From Candidatus Binatia bacterium (GTDB lineage: Bacteria; Desulfobacterota; Binatia; Bin18): DNA of 64,000 bases. The notes under the pieces are model-generated. The model saw only the letters and a list, made by a program, of their open reading frames with translations, had not been told where the DNA came from and searched no databases. Each line of letters starts with the position of its first letter. Within the stretch, counting starts at the first letter, position 1. The stretch is from positions 64,001-128,000 of the forward strand of contig CAXXHG010000015.1 in the NCBI GenBank assembly GCA_963666315.2, given 5' to 3'. Position numbers and translations under genes: made by a program. Below, in pieces: positions 44,560 to 54,201 of the stretch.

Positions 44560-44901
44560 AGTCGTCCTTTGACGATAGTCAATACTGATGGTCAGCTATC
44601 CTGTAGCGGCAAACTCACGGCCGACTCGCACATGCGTTTTCGGACTGCCCATCGTCCAGCCCCCGCCGTGGCAGTAGACTAGAACCGGATGTGGACCGTT
44701 GCCTTCCGGCACGGAGATATCAGCGGTGACCCGCCAACCAGCAACTTCTCTGTACATCACATCATTGTGCACTGCGCCAACCGGCGGCGGATTCCCATTC
44801 ATAAGCGCATCGTGTTTGGTCAACATCTCGGCAGGGTTCACTCCCTGAGAAACTCGCAGAGTTTCCATAAATTCCTGTAAATCCGCTGGTAATTGGCTCA
44901 T
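44560..44901 (-). pseudogene. Truncated HSL-family alpha/beta hydrolase
   Basis: YCHGGGWTMGS, then G*LTISIDYR (TAG replacing a likely Tyr) and loss of the remainder of the domain. Confidence 0.75.
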
Positions 44902-45043
44902 CTATCCCTCCTTGAGCGTGAAATCTCCAGGCATCTTATCGTCCCTGACCTGCATGTACCAGTACAGCGCCCCTTTGCCTTCCGCCGCCGAACTATGTTA
45001 CATCTTGTCCAGATACTCAGCCCACCTTTTGGGGGGAAAGCCT

Positions 45044-46294
45044 ATGAAATTCTGGATGTTTCACCTCATGCCGTGGCCGCATTTACCCAAGGATTTTGAA
45101 GACAAATACGACTCGGCCTGGGTGACCTGCTCCAATAGTCTGTTTGATCCGGAACGCGGTCCGGATGTGTATCGGCAATACCTCGACCAGCTCGTGTATG
45201 CGGACGAGCTCGGGTTTGACGGAGTGGTCGTTAACGAACATCACCAGAATGCCTATGGCATGATGCCGGCCCCGAATTTGATTGCGGCCGCCCTGTCTCA
45301 GCGCATCAAGAAGGCGCGCGTCATGGTTCTCGGCAATGGCCTGCCCCTCTACGATGTCCCCCTCAAAATTGCCGAAGAATTTGCCATGCTCGACAATATG
45401 TTTCGCGGCAAATTCGACGCGGGCTTCGTTGTTGGTGGTGGTCCGGAATATTACTCCTATAATAAGAACCCGACGTTTGCGCGAGAACGTTTTCGGGAAG
45501 CCACAGAGCTGATCCTCAAGGCGTGGACTGATCCCGGACCATTCTCATGGAAAGGCAAACACTTCCAGCTCCAATACGTCAACACCTGGCCACGTCCAGT
45601 CCAGGATCCGCATCCCCCGGTTTGGGTCCCTGGCGTGGGGAGTATTGAAACCATGGAGTTCGTTGCCGAGCACGGCGTTATTTACGCCGCGCTCACCTAC
45701 TCGCATGTCGATGCGTTTCGTCGCAATGCGGCCTATTTCCAAGAGACCGTCGCTCGAGTCGGCAAGTCGCCCTTTCACCCAGGAATGCTCGGCTGGCTTG
45801 TTCCCATGTATGTTGCGGAAACCGACCAAAAGGCGCGTGAAGAAGCGGAAGAGCATATTTGGTATTTCATCGATAAGCTTCTTAAAGGCTTTGCCGGCAA
45901 GGGCCGCACCTGGATGCCGCCCGGCTATACCTCGCTCCAGTCGTTGCAGCGTCTCCAAGAACTGAGTGATCCAGGCAGCGGCCACGCCGCTGTGAAAACC
46001 TGGCAACTAGGCCATGCCACCAGTTGGGACGACATCGAGGCGGGCGGATCGGTACTCATCGGCAGCCCACAAACCGTACGCGAAAAACTGCTCCAATACG
46101 TCACGGAGTTTAAAGTCGGCCATATTCTAGCCCTGCCTCAATTTGGCAGCCTGCCTGACCATTTGACACGCAAGAATATGGAACTACTGGCAAACGAGGT
46201 CTTCCCTTATGTTCGCAAGCATGCCGGGGCAGAGTTTGATACAGCCCCGCAATGCCCGCATGGCGGTGTTGAGCAAACTTCAGCGCCTGCGTAG
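45044..46294 (+). CDS. LLM-class (luciferase-like) flavin-dependent oxidoreductase
   Basis: ADELGFDGVVVNEHH, AEEFAMLD, WPRPVQDPHPPVW, GSPQTV. Confidence 0.92.
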   Translation: MKFWMFHLMPWPHLPKDFEDKYDSAWVTCSNSLFDPERGPDVYRQYLDQLVYADELGFDGVVVNEHHQNAYGMMPAPNLIAAALSQRIKKARVMVLGNGLPLYDVPLKIAEEFAMLDNMFRGKFDAGFVVGGGPEYYSYNKNPTFARERFREATELILKAWTDPGPFSWKGKHFQLQYVNTWPRPVQDPHPPVWVPGVGSIETMEFVAEHGVIYAALTYSHVDAFRRNAAYFQETVARVGKSPFHPGMLGWLVPMYVAETDQKAREEAEEHIWYFIDKLLKGFAGKGRTWMPPGYTSLQSLQRLQELSDPGSGHAAVKTWQLGHATSWDDIEAGGSVLIGSPQTVREKLLQYVTEFKVGHILALPQFGSLPDHLTRKNMELLANEVFPYVRKHAGAEFDTAPQCPHGGVEQTSAPA

Positions 46295-46373
46295 ATAACT
46301 CCGTGTAGGCTGACGCAGAGTCTCTTCTGCCTCAGCGCCCTATCCACTACCCCGACTGACAGGAAAACTGCTC

Positions 46374-47201
46374 ATGACACTGCACACAGAAACGCTTAGC
46401 ATCCGCAACCAAAAGGTTCAGCTGCTCCAAGGCGGCACCGGTAGCCCCGTTCTCTATTTGCACGGACTGGTTGCGGACATTCATAGCCTGCCAGCCGATG
46501 GCGGCTTTACCACCTTCCATGACACGCTTGCAGAATCATTCTCCCTATACGCGCCGGCGTTGCCAGGCTACGCAGACACAGCAGGCTATGATGACCTCGA
46601 AAACATCGAAGACCTGGTCTTCTTTTGTCTCGATGTTCTTGATGCATTGAATCTTGAGAAAGTCCACCTTATCGGAACGGCGCTCGGCGGTTGGGTGGCA
46701 ACCGAATTCGCCACCCGTCATGCTCATCGGCTAGACAAATTTGTCCTGATTAATCCCTGTGGGATCTCAACTCCCGAAGCGCGCATTGCCAATTTTTTCT
46801 ATACGGTGACACCCAAGGCTGAAGGTGGGAATGATGAAGTCCGCGAGCTGATCTTTTCCAATCAAAATTCCGAGTTGGCGAGGGGAGCCGTCGCCGACGA
46901 GATGTCACCCGAGGCGCAGCTCCTGTTTTATAAGGCCCAAATGGTCTCCGCTCGGGTAGGCTGGACGCCGCCTTCGCTGTACAACCCACGACTGAAAGAT
47001 CGGCTATTCCGCGTCACCGTCCCGACCCTCATCGTTACCGCAACAGGCGATAAACTCGTCCCGTCAGCGTTGGCTGAAATATATGCTGGAGGTATTCCCA
47101 ATGCTGAGGTCACTCAGATCGCAGACTCAGCTCATGCCGTCTGGCTGGAGCAGCCACACAAAGCAGCCGAAGCAGTCGCCCAGTTTCTAAACCGCAAGTA
47201 G
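46374..47201 (+). CDS. Alpha/beta hydrolase-fold protein, nucleophile position is Ala
   Basis: LYLHG, LIGTALGGWVA (GxSxG replaced by GTALG), D and H acid/base positions present. Confidence 0.85.
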   Translation: MTLHTETLSIRNQKVQLLQGGTGSPVLYLHGLVADIHSLPADGGFTTFHDTLAESFSLYAPALPGYADTAGYDDLENIEDLVFFCLDVLDALNLEKVHLIGTALGGWVATEFATRHAHRLDKFVLINPCGISTPEARIANFFYTVTPKAEGGNDEVRELIFSNQNSELARGAVADEMSPEAQLLFYKAQMVSARVGWTPPSLYNPRLKDRLFRVTVPTLIVTATGDKLVPSALAEIYAGGIPNAEVTQIADSAHAVWLEQPHKAAEAVAQFLNRK

Positions 47202-47210
47202 GACTCCGCT

Positions 47211-47369
47211 ATGGGGGCCAAGCATGCCTTTCTGTCTCTTGCGTATTTGGTTGGAGCCGCTTTGCTCTTTACTGTGGCCACGGCAGCGTTTTGGGAAGAA
47301 AAACCGCCCGAAGCGGAAAAATTAGAACAGCGAGACAATTTGCCAGGATTTGGATCCTCGGTGCTGTAG
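47211..47369 (+). CDS. 52-aa small membrane or secreted protein
   Basis: MGAKHAFLSLAYLVGAALLFTVATAAFWEEKPPEAE...; AGGA RBS overlaps the upstream stop codon. Confidence 0.45.
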   Translation: MGAKHAFLSLAYLVGAALLFTVATAAFWEEKPPEAEKLEQRDNLPGFGSSVL

Positions 47370-47510
47370 TTCATTTTCAATAATACGCAATCCGGCCTGG
47401 CAACCTCTCCAAAAAATAAAAGTACTGAGTTTTAAGTGCTTTACGAGATCTTCAGTATTCTCTCGCAGTGTTAAAGTTTCCGGCTAGATAGCCATTCTCT
47501 AATAATAGAT

Positions 47511-47556
47511 ATGGGCAGGGGAGGCGGTATCCCTCCACCCCGCCTTCCCTGCCCAT
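47511..47556. repeat. 17-bp inverted repeat upstream of fbp
   Basis: ATGGGCAGGGGAGGCGG ... CCGCCTTCCCTGCCCAT with one G-T pair. Confidence 0.6.
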
Positions 47557-47672
47557 GTTCTAGATTCATCCTCATTTTCCTCCTGTTTTGGCGCTTCTCT
47601 CCTATATATGATAGAAGAACCTGCGATACTCTTTGTTTAGCCAGTGTTCAGCCAGGAAGTAAGGGGGACTCT

Positions 47673-48668
47673 ATGACTGCCGAAAGAATTACGCTGACAC
47701 GCCATATTTCAATGCAACAACAAAGCTATCCAGGTGCGACCGGAGAATTCTCCATCCTCTTATCACAGATTGCGCTTGCCACAAAGAAAATTGCTCACCG
47801 CTTGAGTGTGGCCGGGCTCACGGGGGCCCTCGGGGCAACCGAAGAAATCAACATACAAGGCGAAATCGTCCAAAAATTGGACGATATTTCAAATGATGCT
47901 TTTCTTGAATCGTTTGCGTATGGCGAGCTGGTGTCGGAAATGGTGTCAGAAGAAATGGAGCAGCCAGCGGCCATCGTGGGGAATGCCGATCAAGGGAAGT
48001 ACGTTGTCTTTGTTGATCCCCTAGATGGCTCATCCAACATCGACGTGGACGTCACGATTGGATCTATTTTCTCGGTACATCGGCGCCCAGCCGGCAGTGG
48101 GGAAGAATTTAAAAAAGCCCTGCATCTCCAAGGCAAAGACCAAGTGGCTGCCGGCTACGCCCTGTATGGCCCGAATACTATGCTGATGTACACAACCGGC
48201 ACGGGAGTGCACGGCTTTACCCTCGACCCTGGCATTGGTGATTTCTTTCTCTCACATGAGAATATTCGTATCCCCAGCCGGGGTTCGATCTACAGCATCA
48301 ATGAAGGCCGCCGTAACACCTGGTTTCCGGAAACGCGCAACTACATCGAGTATGTGCAAGAAGAAGATAAAGACACCGGGAGGCCCTATTCCGGGCGCTA
48401 TGTCGGCTCCCTTGTTGCCGATTTTCACCGTACCCTGTTGAAAGGCGGCGTTTTCCTGTACCCAGCCGACCCCAAAAACACCAACGGTAAACTGCGTCTG
48501 ATGTACGAAGCCGCTCCCATGGCGATGGTCGTCGAACAGGCCGGAGGCCGCGCTAGTAACGGGAGGCAGCCGATCCGGGACATCGTTCCGGAAGCGCTCC
48601 ATCAACGCACGCCATTTATTATTGGCAGCGCAGAAGACGTCGAAAAGGCAGAATCGTTTTATAAATAG
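47673..48668 (+). CDS. fbp: Class 1 fructose-1,6-bisphosphatase
   Basis: SEE, DPLDGSSNID, RYVGSLVADFHRTLLKGG, GKLRLMYE. Confidence 0.96.
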   Translation: MTAERITLTRHISMQQQSYPGATGEFSILLSQIALATKKIAHRLSVAGLTGALGATEEINIQGEIVQKLDDISNDAFLESFAYGELVSEMVSEEMEQPAAIVGNADQGKYVVFVDPLDGSSNIDVDVTIGSIFSVHRRPAGSGEEFKKALHLQGKDQVAAGYALYGPNTMLMYTTGTGVHGFTLDPGIGDFFLSHENIRIPSRGSIYSINEGRRNTWFPETRNYIEYVQEEDKDTGRPYSGRYVGSLVADFHRTLLKGGVFLYPADPKNTNGKLRLMYEAAPMAMVVEQAGGRASNGRQPIRDIVPEALHQRTPFIIGSAEDVEKAESFYK

Positions 48669-48762
48669 GGTCTTTCCTCGAAGACGAAGCGCTCGCGCCC
48701 TTGCGGCTGAACTTTTATTTATGTTTATCTAGAGAGCCAGAGGATAGTGAGGAGGTAACATT

Positions 48763-49686
48763 ATGACCGAGCGTGTAAAAGAAATTATCGGCTGGTATGC
48801 AAGCGACAATCCCGGCACGCGAATGAATATTGCCCGTTTGCTCAACCATGGCCGCCTCGGGGGAACGGGGAAACTGGTCATTCTGCCGGTCGATCAAGGC
48901 TTTGAGCATGGTCCGGCACGGAGTTTTGCGCCAAACCCTCCGGGCTATGATCCTGAGTATCATTTCCAACTCGCCATTGATGCCGGCTGTAATGCCTACG
49001 CGGCTCCATTAGGCTTTATCGAACTCGGGGCTGATAAATTCCTCGACGGTGTTCCCCTCATTCTCAAACTCAACAATCACGACAGTCTGCATGATGAAAA
49101 AGACCCACTTTCTTCGGTGACCAGCAGCGTTGACGATGCCCTCCGACTCGGTTGTGTAGCGGTTGGGTTCACAATCTATCCAGGTTCATCCGCAGCGCAA
49201 ATTATGTACGAGCAATTGCGTGAGATTGCTAAAGAAGCCAAGTGTAAGGGTCTGGCGGTAGTGGTTTGGTCGTATCCTAGAGGCTCAGACCTGAGCAAGG
49301 CTGGCGAGACCGCCATTGATGTGGTGGCCTATGCTGCTCAGATTGCGGCCCAACTGGGCGCGCATATCGTCAAGGTCAAGCTGCCGAGCGATCACATCGA
49401 ACTATCTGACGCCAAGAAAGCGTACGAAAAGTATAATGTCCCCATCCGCACACCAGCCGAACGAGTGCGCCACGTTGTGCAGAGCGCGTTTAATAATAAA
49501 CGTATCGTCATCTTCTCAGGCGGAGCAGCCAAAGGCGACGAGGAATTCTTTGATGAAGTCCGCGCCATCCGCGACGGTGGCGGCTTTGGCTCCATCATTG
49601 GCCGCAACTCATTCCAGCGGGTCAAAAAGGACGCGCATAAGTTCTTAGACACCGTGATGGGGATTTACGAAGGGAAGATACCGTAA
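48763..49686 (+). CDS. fbaB: Class I fructose-bisphosphate aldolase
   Basis: ILPVDQGFEHGP, GFTIYPGS, WSYPRG, GAHIVKVK, IIGRNSFQR. Confidence 0.93.
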   Translation: MTERVKEIIGWYASDNPGTRMNIARLLNHGRLGGTGKLVILPVDQGFEHGPARSFAPNPPGYDPEYHFQLAIDAGCNAYAAPLGFIELGADKFLDGVPLILKLNNHDSLHDEKDPLSSVTSSVDDALRLGCVAVGFTIYPGSSAAQIMYEQLREIAKEAKCKGLAVVVWSYPRGSDLSKAGETAIDVVAYAAQIAAQLGAHIVKVKLPSDHIELSDAKKAYEKYNVPIRTPAERVRHVVQSAFNNKRIVIFSGGAAKGDEEFFDEVRAIRDGGGFGSIIGRNSFQRVKKDAHKFLDTVMGIYEGKIP

Positions 49687-49736
49687 TCGCTGCAACGGTA
49701 TCTCTCAAGCGTCAATAAGCAAACACAAAGAGCAGA

Positions 49737-50414
49737 TCACCGCGTATCCGCATAAAACGCCTTGAGCGAAGCCGGCCGGATACCAAAGAAATGGCACAAG
49801 CGCAGCCCCCACATGATCAGAATGGTTTTGGTGATGCCGTGCTTTTGCCAGCGCCGTGCAGACGTCCGAACTCGATTCCGTAAACACGCCACCTTCCCCG
49901 CTCGTTTGAGCCGACGGCTGAGCTCCAGGTCTTCCATGATGTCCAATTCTGGGTAGCCGCCTATTGATTCGAACGTCTCTCGACGGACAAATATCCCCTG
50001 ATCCCCAGTCGCAATATGTGTGAGTCGGGAACGGATATTCATCAGGGCACCAATCATCCGAAACGGCCAGCCTGGCGCATCCAGGTCCACGTCAAATCGT
50101 CCACCAACCACGTCGAGATCTGTAAGCGCCTGCTCAATCAAGTGCGAAAAGCCCGCTGGAGGCAGCGTATCTGCATGTAAAAATAAAAGGGTCTCTCCTG
50201 TCGCAACCTGCGCCCCGGCATTCATCTGGCAGGCCCGGCCGCGCTGAGCGGATAGCACCCGGTCCGCCGACTTGCGAACGATTTCAAGAGTTTCGTCGTC
50301 GCTCCCTCCGTCCACGATAATGATTTCGCATTTGCCTGCCTGTCGGACACAGGCCAGCGTGCGCTCGATGGTGTCGGCTTCGTTCAGTGTCGGAATGACA
50401 ACGCTAACGCGCAT
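49737..50414 (-). CDS. GT2 glycosyltransferase, TIGR04283-like
   Basis: GRACQMNAGA, LFLHADT, GDQGIFVRR, MEDLEL, TSARRW. Confidence 0.85.
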   Translation of the reverse strand: MRVSVVIPTLNEADTIERTLACVRQAGKCEIIIVDGGSDDETLEIVRKSADRVLSAQRGRACQMNAGAQVATGETLLFLHADTLPPAGFSHLIEQALTDLDVVGGRFDVDLDAPGWPFRMIGALMNIRSRLTHIATGDQGIFVRRETFESIGGYPELDIMEDLELSRRLKRAGKVACLRNRVRTSARRWQKHGITKTILIMWGLRLCHFFGIRPASLKAFYADTR

Positions 50415-50740
50415 TAGCCCCCTACCCGCAGGAACGCCATGGTGAGTTGGTGTTTGAAGGTAGCCTGATCTTCTTTGCTCACTCCTGTATAGGTCATACG
50501 CACCAGGGTCCGCTGCTGAAATATACTCGCACTAAACGGACTCCTCTGTGGCTCCAGTGGATGCAGCACGATATCAAGCGTTCCTGGGCCGAGAGACGTG
50601 TGGTAGAAAATGTCCGTTTCTCTCTCTTCTTGCGTGTAGGCATACCCATGCTGACGAAAGAGATTCTCTAAACGAGGCACAACTTCATCCGGAGCAAAGG
50701 CCAAGTTCCATTCCAAATCGCGTTCCAAGCTCCGTTTCAT
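50414..50740 (-). CDS. Hypothetical protein
   Basis: Sits between the two GT2 genes; its stop overlaps the downstream start. Confidence 0.6.
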   Translation of the reverse strand: MKRSLERDLEWNLAFAPDEVVPRLENLFRQHGYAYTQEERETDIFYHTSLGPGTLDIVLHPLEPQRSPFSASIFQQRTLVRMTYTGVSKEDQATFKHQLTMAFLRVGG

Positions 50741-50751
50741 GCTCTTTTCCG

Positions 50752-51465
50752 TCACACGGCTCTCCTGGCGTAGCGAAACACGGTCCACAGGATCTTGTAG
50801 CCGGCAAGGACGGTGCCTTTTATGGTGCCACTCACCTTAGATTGGCCTATCCGCTGTCGATAGCGGACGGGAACCTCGGTGATCCGCAAGCCCAAGCGGA
50901 TGGCTTTAATCTGCATCTCCACCGTCCAGCCATAGGTCTGATCCTGCATATCCAAGCACAGCAGCTCGGGGAAGCGAATGGCTCGAAAAGGACCCAGGTC
51001 GGTGTAGGTAAAACCGTATAAAACACGAATCAGACCCGTCGCAAGCCTATTGCCGAAACGCGCATGGGGAAGAAGAGCCCCCGACTCAGCCCTTTTCGTT
51101 CGAGAACCGATGACCAGGTCATATCCACCGTCAATAATGGGACGGATCACGTCCTCTAAATCATCAGGGTAATCGCTATAGTCCGCATCAAGAAAGACCG
51201 CGATATCCGGCCGGCTGTCGGGCTGCTTGTCTTTCAAGTAGGCAATCCCGGCCAGACAAGCCCAACCGTAGCCTCGACGCAGCTCGCTCAACACGGTCGC
51301 CCCGCAATCTCGGGCAACTGTTGCTGTTCGATCTGAAGAACCATTGTCCACAACGACGACCTCTTCAAGTTGCTTCCATGGAAGGTCGGCCAACACCTGT
51401 GGCAAAGACGTCTCTTCGTTGAGCGCAGGAATGATCACTGCAATACGTGGCAGTTCTGTATTCAT
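50752..51465 (-). CDS. GT2 glycosyltransferase (polyprenol-phosphate sugar synthase-like)
   Basis: IIPALNEE, VDNGSSD, FLDADYSD, TDLGPFRAI, GWTVEMQ, SKVSGT. Confidence 0.9.
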   Translation of the reverse strand: MNTELPRIAVIIPALNEETSLPQVLADLPWKQLEEVVVVDNGSSDRTATVARDCGATVLSELRRGYGWACLAGIAYLKDKQPDSRPDIAVFLDADYSDYPDDLEDVIRPIIDGGYDLVIGSRTKRAESGALLPHARFGNRLATGLIRVLYGFTYTDLGPFRAIRFPELLCLDMQDQTYGWTVEMQIKAIRLGLRITEVPVRYRQRIGQSKVSGTIKGTVLAGYKILWTVFRYARRAV

Positions 51466-51477
51466 AGATGACAGAGA

Positions 51478-52212
51478 TCACGGACGGACTCGAAAGGTTA
51501 GCGTCACAGGTGTTCCGTCAGGAGGCAAGAGTTCTGTTTTCGCACTAAACCGATGCGGTCGAGCCATATAGTCGGCAATACTCAGCGAACCATTGCTCAC
51601 TTTGCCGCTGGGACAGCTATACAGGCACACCAGACAGCCCGGCCGAGGCATGAGCGGGATGCGATTAAACCAGCGATCACGGTTCCCGCCAAAGTGCCAC
51701 AGAAACGGGGGCTGGGGGTTGGGGATTTGGGGTGGGCGAAACACCTGGTCAATAGACAAATCGGACACACCTGCTACGTTGCCTTGCCATGCGATGGAGA
51801 CGTCGAGTTTGCTTCCCTGGGCCTTCTCATGCGAAACAGCGCTGTCAGGATCGGACCGCCGAGTCCACGCGGCCATTGAAAGATTATCCCCAGGCTGGGC
51901 GCTGAGCGCGATCAACGCCTCGTAAAATTGCAGATCATCGGCTGGTGTTTCAATTAATGCGTCTTTTGATCTGCCACCTCCCCAGGTCAGCAAATGATAA
52001 CGGGCCTCGTCTCCTTGGGCAGTATTGAAACGCGTGGGGTAAATGAGCCCATAAATCCGGAGCTGCTGGGTTTCCGGAAGGACCACGAGCGGTGTCTCTT
52101 CTGTGGACTCCAACATGGCCCGCTCGGGTGTGGCCCAGGCAGGACTACACAGGACGCCAGATAGCAAGAGAGGAACCGCGACGGACGGGCGAAGGATTCT
52201 TCTCCAAGGCAT
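51478..52212 (-). CDS. YdjY-like exported protein with CxxCxxxC motif
   Basis: Signal peptide ending in AWA; FGGN...PGCLVCLYSCPSGKVSN. Confidence 0.65.
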   Translation of the reverse strand: MPWRRILRPSVAVPLLLSGVLCSPAWATPERAMLESTEETPLVVLPETQQLRIYGLIYPTRFNTAQGDEARYHLLTWGGGRSKDALIETPADDLQFYEALIALSAQPGDNLSMAAWTRRSDPDSAVSHEKAQGSKLDVSIAWQGNVAGVSDLSIDQVFRPPQIPNPQPPFLWHFGGNRDRWFNRIPLMPRPGCLVCLYSCPSGKVSNGSLSIADYMARPHRFSAKTELLPPDGTPVTLTFRVRP

Positions 52213-52249
52213 AGTTCCGTACTCGATCTTAACAGTAAAATATTTTGCC

Positions 52250-53668
52250 CTATCGTCGGTATCTCTTCCTCCACCACTCCCACATAAGCAGCCCATAAAA
52301 AGGGAGATACTCCAACCAGACCACCCAGCGAAACGTTTCTAGCTCGCCGCGATAAAAAAAGTAGAAAGCGAAATAATACAAACCCAAAAGTCCAGACAAC
52401 AGTAACCATGAACGACGCGGGAAGATACACAGGAATGGCACGATCCAAATAAAATACCACGGGTTGCCGACCGGACTGAGGAGAAGCAGCAGCCCAATAA
52501 CAAAGAAACAGCCCCTCAAGAACTGTTGCTCGTCCCCTCTCGAGTTTCGCCCCGCAGCGATGAGCACTGCACCACTGAGACAGGCGACAATAATGCCGTT
52601 CGCCAGCCAACGGTCCTCAATAAGCAAAAGCAAAAAAGGGAACACAAAACTATTGGTCTGCCATTCTCCCCCAAAAGTCAGCGATCCTTGCCACAGCGCA
52701 CTGCCCGCCGCCCAAAAGGGTAGATATCCAGCTATGACCACCACACCGATCAGAACGAGCCCACCCGCCGCAGCCCAGAAACCATCTTTTTGCCAGGCCC
52801 GGTGTAAAAAAAGCGGCAGTAGCACCCCAGGAAAGACCTTGCCAAGAATGGCCCCAGCCAGGCTGAGGTGAGCCAACAGCGTCCGTCCTTTCAGGACAGC
52901 CGACAGCGCCAGAACGAGCAGAAAAGTCGGCACAACGTCATAGTGTGGCGAATTAATTGACTCCTTAATCACGAGCGGAGACCAGGCATAGATCAGCACT
53001 CCTGAAGTCGACAGGTCAAAGTGACGCAACATGCTCACCAGCACCACACACACGGCGAGTTCGAAACAGAAAAAAATCAGACGCAGGGCGAGCAAGCTGC
53101 CCGGTGCAATCAACGCAGCCAGACCAAACACAGCCTGGGCCAGCGGTGGATAAATTGTCGGGACTCCGGGATGGTTGACCCGGGACAGCAGCAAGGCGAA
53201 GTGCTCGTCTTCATCAGCAATCTGACGATACGGACGCAGCTGCGCGTTTGCCTCTCCCATCTGTATGTTGAGTGGATCGAATTGATACGGGTTCATCCCG
53301 CTGGCAACCACCTTTCCATCCCATAAATAGCGATAGAAATCGTCCTCCTGGATAGGCACAGAGAATAGTAATATGGCACGAAAGAGAACGGCGAAAACAA
53401 AAATCAGGACAAGCGGGTATGGTCTCGTATCGAGATGCCGGAGCCGCCGGATTGCCACTGCATACAAGACAAAGGCCGCACCATATAGACACACAAACGT
53501 CCCAATCGGCCGCTCCAGATGCCCCTGACCATAAACGAACGCATGGCTGAGCCAGGCTATGCCAGCATAAACAACGAGAGACAGAACGCCAAGAACGCAC
53601 AGCGTACGTTTTGATCTTTCTTCTTGCGTAGGGAACATTTTTGAGAAGCGCAGAGTTTCAATAGACAT
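52250..53668 (-). CDS. GT-C fold membrane glycosyltransferase (GT87/DUF2029-like)
   Basis: EDDFYRYLWDG, TIYPPLAQ, YAWSPLVIKE, PWYFIW; many TM segments. Confidence 0.85.
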   Translation of the reverse strand: MSIETLRFSKMFPTQEERSKRTLCVLGVLSLVVYAGIAWLSHAFVYGQGHLERPIGTFVCLYGAAFVLYAVAIRRLRHLDTRPYPLVLIFVFAVLFRAILLFSVPIQEDDFYRYLWDGKVVASGMNPYQFDPLNIQMGEANAQLRPYRQIADEDEHFALLLSRVNHPGVPTIYPPLAQAVFGLAALIAPGSLLALRLIFFCFELAVCVVLVSMLRHFDLSTSGVLIYAWSPLVIKESINSPHYDVVPTFLLVLALSAVLKGRTLLAHLSLAGAILGKVFPGVLLPLFLHRAWQKDGFWAAAGGLVLIGVVVIAGYLPFWAAGSALWQGSLTFGGEWQTNSFVFPFLLLLIEDRWLANGIIVACLSGAVLIAAGRNSRGDEQQFLRGCFFVIGLLLLLSPVGNPWYFIWIVPFLCIFPRRSWLLLSGLLGLYYFAFYFFYRGELETFRWVVWLEYLPFYGLLMWEWWRKRYRR

Positions 53669-53846
53669 GCACCGTCGTCAGGCTGCTGCTCCTCAGGCAG
53701 TATCACATCTCCCTTCAGCCAAGATACTGACACCCGAAAAACGCCTGATGCTGGCCATCCATCTTGCGTGATGCCGTGGCCTGTCTCAAGAAAGGGTTTG
53801 CGGGATCAATCCGGCACTGCTCTCGTCCTACGCGCGAGACGATCGA

Positions 53847-54161
53847 GTGGATACAGCACCCTGGCCAGGAGTGAGTTTTCTCTGTCATGTCGGAGCAACT
53901 GCTCCATTCGGACTCCAACTCGATACGCTAGCAAACTCCCGCGTGAACCTTGTCGGCGGTGACGGCATGGGGGTAGCCAGCGGTCAGATTGCCGCCACCT
54001 TACGGGTCAATCCCGGATTCCCGGATGACAGCTATATAGTGCAGAAAATCGAAGGCAGCGCGGGCATCGGTGGACAGCAAATGCCGCTCAACAACCCGCC
54101 ACTCAAGGCTGGACAAATTGCCGTTATCCGGGAGTGGATTTTCAACGGAGCCGTCGACTAA
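53847..54161 (+). pseudogene. Remnant of a c-type cytochrome-like domain protein
   Basis: SFLCH (degenerate CxxCH), GLQL, RVNPGFPDDSYIVQKIEG, QMP, IREWIFNGA; no intact N-terminus found. Confidence 0.6.
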
Positions 54162-54201
54162 GGACTGAGCAGTCAGGAATAACGAAGCAAAGATATGCGA
54201 C

